Shown here one piece after another: positions 12,106-26,324 of a DNA stretch of 64,000 bases. The notes under the pieces are model-generated. The model was given only the letters and a program-made list of their open reading frames with translations. It ran no database searches and was not told the origin of the DNA. Origin of the DNA: Mytilus californianus (taxonomy: Eukaryota). Position 1 is the first letter of the stretch; each line of letters begins with the position of its first letter. The position numbers and the translations under genes are program-made. The DNA lies in the NCBI RefSeq assembly GCF_021869535.1, contig NW_026262734.1:100130001-100194000 (forward strand), given 5' to 3'.

Positions 12106-13589
12106 TTCCTTGAAAAGACAAGAAAGAATATTTAATTACTGGTCATTACTACATCAGATACCAATAATACATCCGTCCACAAATCAGTTAAGATGTCACT
12201 TTTTGTAGAATGGCCATGACTTGACTACAAGTGTTTCTTTCCACCTATTGCAGTTAATTCAATATTCTGACCCAAATATTGCAGTTCTTTCAATTACATG
12301 TACCTGACCAAATTGCAATTTGTTAATAATGTGGAATTCAAGTCTTGTAGTATTGTAGGTATGCTATATTATATCACTTTGTACTTTGACGACTTTTTGT
12401 TTTACAGCTTTTCTCACATTTAACAACACGTTTCCTTTATCACGAGTTTTTTGAATCGCTTCTGGTTTGACCAGATTGCCGAAATGAATTCCCTCCTCAG
12501 TCCACATTCAGACCAAAGACAAATAGCATTATGAGGCTTTCGGGGAATGTAACGATTTAAGAAGTAATTGAGGTCTCTCTTAAAATGACAAATATTCAGA
12601 AGTATGCAAATAATTTTACAAGACAATTTTGAAGTATGAAAGAGCTACGTTATGGTTTTTAAGGGAAACAATTAGTTTCATTTGTTGGTTCTTGATGCAC
12701 GGAGAACCGCACAATGCTGTAGACAATAACAAGGATGAATTGAATATAAAATACGGGCACCTGCACTTCTCTATTCAGGGCGTAATCTCATTTCTAAGAT
12801 GGGATGGCATCTATTGAACTGCTTCGATAAACAGTCACATCTGATCGGGGTATACTTTATGTTCGGAATGTACCACACACATTTCCACGTTGAAGACCCA
12901 TTGGAATAATACTTGTTGTCTTTCATGTACACAGGTTCTGCAAAATCTTTCACTCTGCTCAGGAAGTCCTCATTTTTAGTGGTTCTTGTCGGCTCTCTGT
13001 CAATACGATAGAACTTATCAAATTGAACAAATATTTGATTCTTATCGACCAAATATGCATTGAAAGAAACTGAACATATGACAACAAATACCAGTTCTAC
13101 GGTGAAATGAAAATCCTTTATTCGTCAGGAATCCGATCTTGTTCTTGTGATCATCCGAGTAAACAGTACAACAGTACTTTGATTTAACGTATCGTACAAG
13201 GAAGTATAATATGAACGAATTTACCTGCTGATTTTCTGTCTCGTTCTATTTACGTCTCTAGGTGGTCTTTTTTAAAGTATTTTTTTCATGTTACTCACAC
13301 TAATGCTTACCTGAACTATTTTTTACACTTTGTCACCAAACTAGCTGTAATTATATATACACAGTACTACACAGTACTACATTTATACATACTTAGTTAA
13401 TGGCCATTTACCTTTCAGTCGATCAATAAAAAGGTAGATAACTGGCTAGTGAATGTTTACTATGCTTATAAAACAATATATGCCTAAATTTACTTTCAAT
13501 TTTGAACATTCCAATTGAGACTTAATTTAGGTTTTAGAGTCATTGCAGTTTGAGGATAGAAACTGGGAGACATTGAAGGCAAACTAAAT

Positions 13590-13749
13590 CATAGGGACTT
13601 GACTACAGGTCAGATATATAGCCCTTTTATCGTCTACGTGCATTAAAAAAAAACCGTATGCCCCTACTATCCAAAACCTGTGTTTTTTTTCTTAAATGCA
13701 CGTAGACGATTAACGAGCTATATATCTGACCTGTAGTCAAGTCCCTATG
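13590..13749. mobile_element. Foldback MITE with ~65-bp TIRs (CATAG...CTATG)
   Basis: CATAGGGACTTGACTACAGGTCAGATATATAGC... is reverse-complemented at 13700-13749; absent from the paralogous site (~21410-21450). Confidence 0.85.
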
Positions 13750-15367
13750 GTCTATGTCAGCATTGGTCGCATAACTATAAACAGAATTTGTTTTAGATTG
13801 CCATCTTTATCATTCACCAAGATTATAATTATTGTTAATTTATTTCAGAAGTTTCCAAACCTGAGAAATATGAATAAAAATCTCTTCACATGGATCATGG
13901 CAAATGAAGATTAAGATTTTAATAAATTATTACATAGTCTTTTATATAAAAATAAAAACCGCCCAGATGAGACAGAAAAAAAGAGATACAAGTTACATTA
14001 ATTAAAAATTGAGACAACTATCCACCAAACTTTAAACGAAGTGGTTGTAAGCAATCATAGGCAGTACTTACTTACGTACCCGATAAAAACATACAACAAA
14101 GAACAACACATGGTATATGTAGTCTGATTTAGTACAGGCGCACAAAGGGGAGGGGATTACAAGCTTGGATAACCACCAGGATGACCCCCTTATTTGATAA
14201 AAAAAAATATATAAGACGGCATATAATAAAGAAAGGAGGTCAAAATGTCAAAGTGTCACGGTTATTACTACTACGAACCATGGTCTATTTGTTTTGTACC
14301 GTTCCTACTCTGAAGCTCATTTATTTGTTATTATGCACATTGATAGAAAACCCTGCATCTTTTATCGCCAAAAAAATATGGGCTGAAAATATTCCATGAT
14401 TATTACAATGACATGCTTTTAAATATTCAAATCAGTGTAAACTACATTTATGTTACTTGCACTACAATAATGCACATGTAAATAGCATTAAGAAAGGACA
14501 AATACTGACAAATCAAACACGCCAACAACAGGTTATTGAAAGTAAATGGCACATTGTCCTCATATTTTAATAAGGTAGAAAACATATTTTATATGTACCG
14601 ACCGTTTATCTTTCTTTTTGCGGGGGAGGGGTCTAAAAACATTTGTTCTCTACTACAATCTAATATTTAAATCCCCCCTATGGAGCTCGGATCTCCATTA
14701 CGGAGCTACATATATATGGTAAATGCATAGACTTAACATGTCAAACTCCTAACGTTGCCTAGTTTGTCCCCTTTCAAAATCCTGAATCCGCATATGATAC
14801 AGGAACACGATGTTTGCTTAAATCCCACGTTGAATTATTGTTTTATTTTATTTTTCACTTCCCCTTTGAAACAATTTTTTTCACGAAATTTACGGAATCA
14901 ACCAAGTCAGACCCCCCTTCCCCTAAAAAAAGGATGAATGGTCGGTGCTATAAACTGACTAAAAATTGTATCACAATGCTTGTAGACTGTATACTATTTA
15001 TTGGTTCTCTGGTGGATACACCTTTGTTTCCAAAAACTTTCTTGCACTTCTGCATGTGTCTGTCCCATGTCAGGGAATTGTCGTTGTTTGCTGTTTGTTA
15101 TATCTGTTTTTCGTCAACTGTTTTGCCATTTCAAATTGGCTGGTTATTTTCTCTCTCTCGTATGAATTGTTTCGACTTTTGTCGGAGCCATTTATAGCTG
15201 ACTATACGGCATGAGTTTTGATAATTGTCGAAGGCCGTTTGGTGACCTATAGTTGCTTAAATCCGCTTCATTTGGACTGTGTTGGATAGTTGTCTCATTG
15301 GCATTTCATGCCATATCTCCTTACTTTATATTGACACATCCTAAAAGAACGAAGTATCTGTGATTAT

Positions 15368-16819
15368 GTTCCGGACCATATGGGTATTTGGACCATACAC
15401 GTATGGTCACAATCATATGCGTATACTCATTTGGTTATTAACGGGCCGGACCATACGAGTATTTAGACTATATAGGTATTTTTCGAATAATTCTATCTTT
15501 CTTTGCAGGAACACAGCTCATTCTCTGAACAAAAAACGGCACAAGTTACTATCTGAATTCTTTTATCTTTTACATATTGTCTAACTCTTTGTGTATCTGT
15601 TATCTTGCATTCGCTAAGAGTCAATTCAAATCGACTTTATACTTCCGATATTCGTCCGTAAGTGAAACCACATGCGTTTGGGGCATGGATTTTTTTTTCT
15701 GTTTTCTTATTGTTTAAATATTATTTCAGAAACACAATTTCTACTTATTTCTACTTATTTTCATTAAATTGATTACTGTCATTGTAAGATCGTATAAATA
15801 AGAGCAGGAACACATGAACAAATTTAAAAAAAACAATAAGAAATTTTTAAGAAATTATAATTTAATAATAACAAATTTAAGCACCAAATGAAATTTAAAA
15901 AAGAAAAGAAAGAGGGTTCAATAACCAAAGTGCCTGTGAGTTAAGCAATTTACTTATTCTTTAACATAGATATAGGAAGATGTAGTATGAGTGCCAATGA
16001 GACAACTCTCCATCCAAGTTACAATTTATAAAAGTAAACCATTATAGGTCAAGGTACGGCCTTCAACACGGAGCATTGGCTCACACCGAACAGCAAGCTA
16101 TAAAGGGCCCCCAAAAATTACTTGTGTAAAACCATTCAAACGGAAAAACCAACGGTCTAATCTGTATAAAAACGAGAAACGAGAAACACGTATGAACTAC
16201 ATAAACAGACGACAACTACTGTACAGATTCCTGACTTCGGACAGATGCAAACATTTGCAGCGGGATTAAACGTTTTTATGGTACTAATCCTTCTCCCTTT
16301 TCTGAAACAATAGTATAACATCACAACATAGAAAAACACACTATAAAATATCAATTGGAAGGCTTAACTCAATCAAAAACCGTAAATTAACACACAATGA
16401 ACGAATAAATTTGACCTGTGACACCTGAATGCAAATACACAGTTAATTAAAAAACTACAAGGGATAAATAACAGTTCATTTAGATATTTCTTGAAGTATT
16501 TTTCAAAAGTCGACATATTGCGTTCCGTATGGACAAATCGATAATGACCATGTTAAAAATATTTTACTATAATTCTTACTTGTAAATAATATTCACTCTT
16601 TTAAATTAGTCATTCAAAAATGACTACCATATGATTGAATAAGTGAAAATTTCATTTTTAGAAACTCTTAATTTATGTGACACCTTTTCAACGTGAACTT
16701 CGTTCATCGTGTCAATTACCCGGACCATACGCGTATGGTTGGACCATATGAGTATATACGAAGATTGTCATGACCATACGCGTATGGTCCAAATACTCGT
16801 ATGGTCCGGACCAATTATA
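15368..16819. mobile_element. Non-autonomous TIR element with nested interspersed repeat
   Basis: Long imperfect TIRs (CCGGACCATAYGNGTATTTGGACCATACRCGTATGG) at both ends, flanked by TGATTAT on both sides; the paralogous site (~23310) is empty. A common repeat is nested at ~15965-16400. Confidence 0.8.
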
Positions 16820-17548
16820 TGATTATATGATTTCATGTCGGTTTCCACCAGTCAAGCGACGTTACTAAAGATCTGATTTTTCATACGCGTATACTTAAAT
16901 CTATCAGAGGTGGTTTTGGGGGGGACAGGGGCCTCCTTATGGAGCTTATATGATAAATGCATAGACTTTATAAAAGTATCACTCCCAACGTTGGCTTGCC
17001 AGGGCCCCCCTTTTTCGAAAATCATAGATCCGCTCCTCAGTGCGGCACTGCTGTCTTCCCCCTAATTGAAATTAACTGACGCGGACCTAAGCCTAAGGAA
17101 GGTGTGGGTTATGTTAGCTTGCTCACTAAAGATTCTTTCATTTAGTACCTATCACCAATGGTAATGTTCATATGATTTTTTTTCCAATAACTTTTGAAAC
17201 CGCAAAATTCAAAAATTCTCTTTTAATTTCATTTATATGCCATTGTACAAAGGATTTTGTAAGAAGAAAATAAAAGAATTAGCTGTGACCTCTAACCTTT
17301 ATATGTTCCATATCTATACTTGTCTACATACAATAGAAACCTCATGTGTGTCAACTAAGTACAACCAAAAAATGTCTGATTGGTGTATGATAACGATACA
17401 ATAGTATTATAAAAGTGTTGATTACTGCACATATTAAATGGCTGATTTGGTGTTCCTACAATGAACACATCCAACCATTGTATTAGTTGGGATACACTTA
17501 TTAACAATTTCTTGGTTTTCACTTTATCTACATTGGAAAAAGACAATT

Positions 17549-18134
17549 CAAAGGAGTAGGCCCGGTAAGAACCCTTTTTGGTCCCAAAATATAGCGTTCT
17601 TACAAAGTAGTTAAAAATGTAACTTTTAGCTATTTATTGGAAAGTAGAATAGAATACTTTTGTTACATGAATATGGGCTGTTTTGACAATACAATGGACA
17701 TGCATCAGGTACTAGCATCATTTGTTCATGCAAAAATACTGAAATCTTCACAATTTTAGCATTTTTGCTAATTTTAAGACGGTTTTTGTCTAAAATGGAA
17801 GTGGCCGCACTTGTGTTCAGACTTAATATTCAAATATATGTTGTATTTAATGATAATACACATCATATTTAAATGTTGAGACTGAAGAATGCAGCCACTT
17901 CCATTTTAGACAAAAACCATCTGAAAAGTGACGTTTATGGCATATTTGGTAGATTTTTCATATTTAAGCTAAAATTTGAGCGTCTTTAACGACCGAATCC
18001 GTTAAAATCTTGAACATAAACTAATTGAGTCAACTGAAGTAGACACTTGATTGTTTGAAAAAGGTCAAAAATCTTTTATCAGATGTACTTCGAATTGTAG
18101 GCCGAAATTAGCCCTTACCTGACCTTCTCCTTTG
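17549..18134. mobile_element. MITE with CAAAGGAG...CTCCTTTG termini and AATT target duplication (Sola1-like TSD)
   Basis: TIR CAAAGGAGTAGGCCCGGTAAG / CTTACCTGACCTTCTCCTTTG; AATT at 17545-17548 and 18135-18138. The superfamily call is inferred from the AWWT TSD only. Confidence 0.75.
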
Positions 18135-18655
18135 AATTTTATCTATAGTTCCAACAATTAAAATCGATATTGGTACAGCAAATTTATCCGAATTCCAGGC
18201 TCTACAGTTGAACAGGTTCGCTTTCAACACCTGGCAATTTAAAACAGCTCTTGGTAGAATTAGAATAGAATCAACCATTTCTAAAAAAAAATATTTGCTA
18301 GTATACGTATTGTTTCCGGTTACAATAATTTCTTCCTGAATATGTAAACATTGTTCGTCTTTGAGAACCAAGCAATCAGCAACAACCATATGATTAATTA
18401 GTTTAAAAGGTTTTTGGTTCTATCTATTAGAACAGATTTTGATGTAAAGTTTGTGACTTGTAGAAGGTTGATCAGAGAAGTATGGAGGTAATTATATTTA
18501 AAATTTGAAATTGATTCTCTTTAATTTGATCAGACCAAACAGTAACAAATTTATTATTAAAAAGTTTGTTTGTTCATCACAGAATTGTAACATCCATGAT
18601 GAGTAGGTAATTTTTAATTCATTATTTAACAAACATTACTCGCTCACTCCATTTT

Positions 18656-20007
18656 TCAATTACACTTATAGACCAATATCTCACTGTTCGCGCTATTAGT
18701 TTGAATTGAAATGAAAAGCTTGCAAAAATCTGTATTGAAAGCTAAACCATATCGGCCCTTCAGTCCGTCTTCTGTTGTCAACATGGTTTTTAGAGATTTA
18801 TCTTCAGAACAAAACAGCTTAAAGTTTGATGCTTTGTATTCGAGAATGTAGACATTTCCTAATCTGTCGGCTTTGACCTCAATCACGTGATTAGTACATT
18901 GAGTAGAAATAAATATATCTTTTCCATCATCTAATCTAACGCATTTCAATTCCGATTCTGCTATATTACCCTGAGCATAGTGAAGTTGATGTTTTTGTCC
19001 AACTGATATAGAGTGAACATCCTCTCTCTCAACATTAATCGTATTCTTTAAGTCACCGGTTTTGCTGATAATGTATATCTTGCCGTAACCACCGACGGCA
19101 ATTTCGTCGTCAATTAGTGCAATACCATAACATACTCCAGGTACTTTAATCAATCGGCCCTTTTCCATTTTAACAATGTCTACTGTCTGAACGCACGGTG
19201 TATTAGGCAGTGTTACCCATGCTGTATGTTTGTCTTCATCCATAGCTATCCCCCATGGACGTCCGTCCATTCGAGTTGCCGCCAATTGTTTGCCTTTGTC
19301 TGACATAACAAATAATTTAGAACCGGTCCTATCACACAGGAATAATCTATTGTCTTTTGTCACACCTATACCGATAACGTTTGCACCTGGTACTTTAAAT
19401 TTTGTATCTAGCTTGAATTTTGTTGGAAGCTTTCTCTGTTGTTGCAGAAATTGCGCTTTCTGAGCCTTAAACGGTTTGTATTTGATATCAAAGGGAGTCT
19501 CTTTGATTTCCACTGAACCAAATGATTTCATAACGGACAGCAAATCAGACTCTTTATACAAAAGAGGTGCAGTTTTTTGTGACGACAAAAATTCTTGAAA
19601 TTCATTAACATGACAGTTCAGTTCTTCTTTCATACTGTTTATCAACATGAATATTTGACTTTCAGATCCGTGTTTCGACACAGATTCAAACTGTTCAGAA
19701 ATATTTCTATTCGTATCTTGTTTTTGCGATCACATATCTTGTTCATGTCACTTTTTGCTTTATCTGAGAGTTCAGTATGAGCTTTTTCTATTTCACACAT
19801 TAAAGCCACTCCAATTTCTTGAATGCGTGTCTCTAACCTCTTTTGAAAATACTGCACCTCTTGTTGTACAGTCACCTTGCTATCATCAATAGTATATACA
19901 CTTTTCTCCTTTTTGTCTTCAAGTTCGCTTACAGCAGCATTTAGCGTACAGACATCAGTGACAATTTCTTCGTACATTGTTGAGCTTCTGACATCTTTCG
20001 CAGTCAA
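18656..20007 (-). pseudogene. TRIM-like paralog: both B-boxes and start codon deleted, frameshift in coiled coil, propeller ORF open
   Basis: Aligns with 10441-11780. Sequence equivalent to ~11783-12194 is missing at ~20005. Net +5 nt at ~19700-19730 splits ORFs 19642-20007 and 18656-19681. Confidence 0.9.
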
Positions 20008-21689
20008 GGGTGGTCACGTTTTGTAGAATGACCATAACTTGATTATAAGTGTTTCTCTCCACATATTGCAGTTCTTTCAATTACATGTATCTGACCAAAT
20101 TGCAATTTGTTAATAATGTGGAATTCAAGTCTTTTAAGGTTGTAAGTATGCTAAATTTTATCAATTTGTACTTTGACGACTTTTTGTTTTACAGCTTTTC
20201 TCACATTTAACAACACGTCTCCTTTCCACAAGTGTTTGAATCGCTACAGGTTTGAGAACCAGAACGCCAAATTGAAATCCCTCCTTTCAAACAATTAACT
20301 CAGACCAAAGACAAATAGCATTATGAGGCTTTCGGGGAATGTAACGATTTAAGATGAAATTGAGGTCTTGCTTAAGATGACAAATATTTGGAAGTATGCA
20401 AATAATTTTATAAGATAGTTTTGAAAGAATGAAAGACCTACATTATGGGTTTTAAGGGAAACAATTAGTTTCAGTTGTTGGTTCTTGAAGCACGGATAAC
20501 CACGTCATACTGTTGGCAACAACAAGGATGAATTGAATATAATATAATGCCACGCTAGTCCGGACGAAATGTCAATTTTAAAATGGGATGTCATCTATTG
20601 AACTGCTTTGATAAACAGTCACATCTGATCGAGGGCATACTATATGTTCGGAATGTACCACACACATTTCCACGTTGAAGACCCATTGGAATGAAAACTC
20701 TTGTGGACTTTCATGTACACGGGTTGTGCAAAACCTTTCACTCTGCTCAGGACGTTCTCATTTTAGTGTTTCTTGTCGGCTCTCTGTCAATATGAAAGAA
20801 CTTAACAAATTGAACAATTGTTCAATTTCTTATCGACCAAATATGCATTGAAAGAAACTGAACATAAGACAACAAATACCAGTTCTACGGTGAAATGAAA
20901 ATCCTTAATTCGTCAGACATCCGATCTATATCTTGGGATCATCCGAGTAAACAGTACAACAGTACTTTGATTTAACGTTTCCGTACAAGGAAGCATAATA
21001 TAAATGGATTTACCTTATTTTCTGTCTTGTTCTATTTACGCCTCTAATCTTTTTTACGTATTTTTCATGTTTCTTACATTAATGTCAACCTGTACTATTT
21101 TTTACACTTTAGCACCACCAGACTGTGATTATGTATACTCATACTTAGTTAATTAATTTCAAGACCATTTACCTTTCCTTAATATCAGTTCCACAGGGTG
21201 GCCCGGATTTCAGTCGACCGATAAAAAGGTAGATAACTAGCTAGTGAATGTTTACTACCTATGTAGACATGCTTAGGAACAATCTATCCCCACATTTACT
21301 TTCAATTTTGAAATTCACTTAAACAATATATTTTACTTTAATAATTCGGGTTGACAATGGTTGAGTCACTGCAGTTTGAGGATAGAAACTGGATACATTG
21401 AACGCAAACTAAATGAGCTCAGTGCTGTCCAGACGTGAAAGGTTATGTCAACATTGGTCGCAAAACTAAACGGAATATGTTTTAGATTGCCATTTTATCT
21501 TTATGATTCACCAAGATTATAATTCTTGTAAAATTTATTTCAGAAGTTTCCAAACCTGAGAAACTTATGAATATAAATCTCCTCACATGGATCATGACAA
21601 ATGAAGATTAAGATTTTAATAAATTATTTAGTCTTTAATATAAAAAAAATCCGCCCAAACGAGACAGAAAAAAAGAGATAGAAGTTACT

Positions 21690-21930
21690 ATAGCTAAAAA
21701 AAAGTGGCGGAAATAACCAAGAGGAAATTCAAAAATCATAAGTCGAAGATAAACTGACAAGGCCATGTCTCAAAACGTAAGACGACGAACTCAGAAAACA
21801 CTTCCTAAAACACTATGACTGAGCAACATGAACCCCACCAAAAACTGGGGGTAATATCAGGTGCTCTGGGAGGGTTAATAGATCCTGCTCCTCTAGTGGC
21901 ACCCGTCATGCTGCTCATGGTAAGTAGAAA
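21690..21930 (-). mobile_element. 3' non-coding fragment of the Penelope-like family
   Basis: Matches 42190-42420 (CCCCACCAAAAACTGGGGGT.ATCTCAGGTG..C.GGAAGGGT..CAGATCCTGCTCC). Confidence 0.65.
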
Positions 21931-24584
21931 TTCTGTGATAGAGGGACTTATTTTTTTTGAAGCTATCTTTGACACCCTCTGAATAGATCTTACTTACTTA
22001 CCCGATAAAAACGGACAACAAAGAACAACGCATGGTCTATTTAGTCTGATTTAGTACAGGTGCAAAACAGGGGAGGGGATTACAAGCTAGGATTATCACC
22101 AGGATGACCCCTAATTTGAACAAAGATATAAAAGACAGCGTATAAGAAAGAGATGAGGTCAAAATGTCAAAATATCACAGTGCTCGCTACTACGGACCTT
22201 GGTCTTATTTGTTTTGTACCGTTCCTACTTTGAAGCTCATTTATGTGTTATTATGCCTCAAATCCACATTGATAGAAAACTATATATATCTTTTATCGCC
22301 AAAACAAAAATATGGGCTAAAATATTTCATGATTATTACAATGACATGCTTTTAAATATTCAAATCAGTGTAAAATACATTTATATTACTTACACTACAA
22401 TAATGCACATGTAAATAGCATTAAGAAAGGACAAATACTGACAAATCAAACACGCCTACAACAGGTTATTGAAAGTAAATGGCACATTAACCTCATATTC
22501 TAATAAAAAAGAAGACATATTTTATATATATATGTACCGAGCATTCATCTTTTTTTTGCGGGAGGGGGGGGGGGGGGGGGTCTTTAAACATTTGTAATCG
22601 ACTACAATCCAATTTTGAGTCCCCCTTATGGAGCTCGGATCTCCATTACGGAGTTACATATATATATGGTAAATGCATAGACATTTAACATGTCACACTC
22701 CTAACGTTGCCTAGTTTGTCCCCTTTCAAAATCCTGGATCCGCATATGATAAACAGGAACACGATTTTTGTTTAAATCCCATGTTGAATTAATTTTTTAT
22801 CTAATTTTTCACTTCCTCTATGAAGCAATTTCACGAAATTAACGGAATCAACCAAGTTAGAACCCCCCTAAAAAACGGATGAATCGTCGGTACTTTAAAC
22901 TGACCAAAAAATCGTTTCACAATGCTTGTATACTGTATATTTTTTATTGGTTGTCTGGTGGATACACCATTGTTTCCAAAAACTAACCTGCACTTCTTCG
23001 TGTGCCTGTCCCGAGTCAGGGGGATTGTCGTTGTTTGCTGTTTGTTATATCTGTTTTTCGTTAACTTATTGTCAATAATTGTCTGGATTTTTGTCTCCCT
23101 GTCCCGTTTGAATTGTTTCACATTTTGTCATGTCGGAGCCATTTATAGCTAACTATACGGTATGGGGTTTGTTCATTGTTGAAGCCGTTTGGTGACCTAT
23201 AGTAGCTTATATCCGCTTCAATTGGACTTGTTGGATAGTTGTCTTATTGGCATTTCATGCCACATCTCCTTATTTCATATTTACTCATCCTAAAGGAAAG
23301 AAGTGTCTGTAATTATATGAGTTCATGTCGGTCTTCACAAGTCAAGCGACGTTACTATAAAGACTTGATTTTTCATACGCGTATATACTTAAATCTATCA
23401 GACGTGGTTTGTTTGGGGGGGGGGGGGGACTTATATGATAAATGCATAGACTTTTTAATAGAAACACCCTGGCTTGACAAAAGGGGGGGGGGGGGCTTTT
23501 CGTAAATCCTGGATCCGCTCTTCAGTGCGGCAGCGCTGTATCCCCCCCCCTCCCAACCCTAATTTTAACTCATTGACGTGGACCTAAGCTATTGACGGAT
23601 TGATTTGGGTTTTTTTTTTAGTCTAGGGTTGAATATTAAGTCCCATTTTAATAATTTACGTGAAAAAAATTTCACTGTACGTCTTTATTATGAATCCGCT
23701 TCACGGTTCATTAAACCGCAAACAATTCATTGGTTACTGTTTTTGGCGGGTAATTGCTATTGTTCTGATTTTCTTGGGGACCATACAATATTTATCAGGC
23801 AGGTGGGACCGGTGCAAACCACAGTTGGACAAACACATTTTTCATTCACTTCAGGCATAGGGTCTCCACTTTTTTCACCTTTGGTGACCATAGGTCATGA
23901 AGATTTATTCAAACTCTTGCTATCAAACAAATTTTGTTTTTAACTAAATATCCAAACAAGAAACATTTGTACAATCAATAAAATAGTTTATCATAACAAA
24001 AAACAATATTAACATATATCTATTTGTTATATTTTAAAGTATAGTTTGTTTGTTAAAATATAGCAAATTAAAAATATATGTTGCTAAACTTTTTTACTCT
24101 CAGTATACATGTTCTTTATAATAGGAAACACACTTAAATGATATTTACTATAGTAATTGTTTGATTAGCTAATTTTATTGATGTTCAAGTATGACATATC
24201 GTCTCTTTATTTTTTGGCTTAAATCATCATCTTTAATATATTATCATGGAAATACATGATATTTTCATATTCATATGAATTAACTCATTTTTAACAATTT
24301 GCAGACAAAATAAACAGGGAAATTAAAAAGCAAGTAATAATCATCAAATGAACAAATTATAAATGAAGAAACCTCTTTCAAGGTAAATAGGTGAACAACA
24401 TATACATATATTTTATCAGATGTAATTTTCATATCCTATTAAAATTTCCAATTTAATATTTCATAAATGTATTAATAGACATAATATTAAACTCTAGTCT
24501 GCAATGTTGGAGAGTGTACATTGTTAAAGATGCATATAGGCCTAGATGAGCAACACAGGCTCTGAGGGGCCTCTTGTTTGTTTT

Positions 24585-25045
24585 TGTGTGCTTTGTATCG
24601 ATCTGATGAGTTGAGCCCTTTTCAACTGATTTTTATAGTTTGTTAGATTGTTCTGTTAAATCACTATCCCAGGTTAGGGGAGGGTTGGGCGCCCGCAAAC
24701 ATGATTACCCCCCCTCCGCCCCCCCCCCCCCCCCCCCCCACACACACACACGCACACACATTCTGTATGTGCCTGTCCCAAGTCAGGAGCATGTAAATCA
24801 GTGGTTGTCGTTTGTTGCTGTTTTTTACACAAACGTACCAGGCCATTAGTTTTTCTCGTTTGAATAGTTTTAAATTTGTCATTTCGGAGCCTTTTATAGC
24901 TTAAAATCGGTATGGGTTTAGCTCTTTTTTGAAGGCCGTATGGTGGCCTATAGTTGATAACTTCTTTGTTATTTGGTCTCCGTTGGAGCATAGATATAGT
25001 GGCTATTATATCTATGATTGGAGAGTTGTCTCACCGGCAATCTTA
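24585..25045 (-). mobile_element. Abundant interspersed repeat (GAGACAACTCTCC / CTATAAAAGGCCCCG / AAACGAGAAAAC family)
   Basis: Same family seen at ~7960-8060, 15040-15330, 15965-16400, 23000-23270, 58200-58390 and 61560-61745. Confidence 0.7.
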
Positions 25046-25224
25046 TTTGTATACTTATATTTGATAAGATAAAAGTAGTTACATAAGATTTGTCTTGTTT
25101 AAAACATAAAAAGGTGGAACTAATGCAAGCAGTATTAAAATATCATTGCAAGTTCATTTATTGCTTAAGACTAATGAAAAACACTGCACTTTTTACAGCA
25201 AGAAGAATAACCTAGCTGTTACCT

Positions 25225-25345
25225 TCCATAACCTCCTCGTGGTTAACGTGGCACCCTTCATGGAGGGAGGTCGTGGGTTCGGTCCCTAAACCAACTGTAA
25301 CTAGAAAATTGGAATTTGCAATGTCTCTGTGAATTGACACGTTAA
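25225..25345 (+). mobile_element. Degenerate tRNA-derived SINE head
   Basis: A-box-like GTGGTTAACGTGG and B-box-like GGTTCGGTCCC, without a closed cloverleaf. Confidence 0.45.
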
Positions 25346-26324
25346 AGTCGCGCGTTATACACAAATCCTTCATACCCCATAGTCCATAATTGAGGGTGTG
25401 GATGGGGGTTTACAGAATAGAGAATAATAGGTAAAAAAAAAAGAAGAAAAATGGACCCAAAAAATAAAGACTAGAGAATAATGAGGTGCTAAAATATAAA
25501 GAATAAAGAATAATGTGCAAAAAGTATAAAGAATAATTATAGTCTGTGCTTTTAGCCACGCTAATTTATTGCCCTCTTTTTCCGTAATAGATTACAGACA
25601 CTTTGTAGGACAGCATGTCCAGGTTCCCAAGCGACAAACCGTTAAGCATCTGACCATCTATTATGAGGGTCTGGATGGAGGGTCTTTTATTTCTGTATTC
25701 TTTAATTTTTTGAGGCCATTTTTGCTTGGGGGAACGCCTCCCCCCTTCCCCCTCCCCCTTTTCTAAATATATTTGTGTGTTTTAATTACGTGGAAAATAA
25801 TAATAGAGCGTCAAAATTTATAAACTACAAACTACTGTTATTGTAATATCGTATGGAAAAGGGCAACAACACATTTAATAAGTGAATATAGGTTGAAATA
25901 TCACAGAATATTTACAACATAAAACATTTTTTCAAAAGGGGAGTTTATTGCACCAAGCGCCTATGGATAAAAGCTCTTTATTTTCATGTTTCATATTTGG
26001 AGATTTTAGCCATATCATAAATGTTCACTGGTTAGTTTAGACAGATTGTATTTCTATTCGATTGAACAATGGGTACTCTTAAGATTGTGTATACACTTTA
26101 AAGAGGTCAGGCCGTTTTCTCTTAAAAATTATTTCACACATTTTCAAAATGTTCTTACTAAACTTTACAGTTTAAGGTGCTGATCCAGGATTTTGGAAAA
26201 AAGGGGCTGGTAAGCGAACGAGTGGAGTGATACTTGGGATGATAATGGATGGTTGTTTAACGTCGGGTGGCAAATCAAATTAATATTCAGAACGAGAGCA
26301 TGTACATATGTGATACGAATATAA

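Larger units (their letters stand above)
10390..17130. repeat. Tandem segmental duplication unit B (paralogous to 18600-23600)
   Basis: Colinear matches: 10441-11780 with 18656-20003; 12195-13560 with 20010-21400; 13750-14000 with 21440-21680; 14065-15365 with 21985-23315; 16830-17100 with 23320-23590. Confidence 0.9.

Noticed and set aside
12420-13052. Short minus-strand ORFs upstream of the TRIM-like gene, also present in the paralog, as a fossil gene
   Set aside because: Frames are not preserved between the two copies and I recognise no motif; conservation looks no greater than that of the surrounding duplicated DNA. A tblastx/HHpred search would settle it.
24603-24635. CTGATGA followed by a perfect GTTGA/TCAAC stem, resembling a hammerhead
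   Set aside because: The stem is followed by TGATTT instead of GAAA and no helix III/cleavage triplet is present; it is part of a common interspersed repeat.
24664-24991. Gly/Pro-rich ORFs across the poly-C/CA tract
   Set aside because: Low-complexity microsatellite inside an interspersed repeat.
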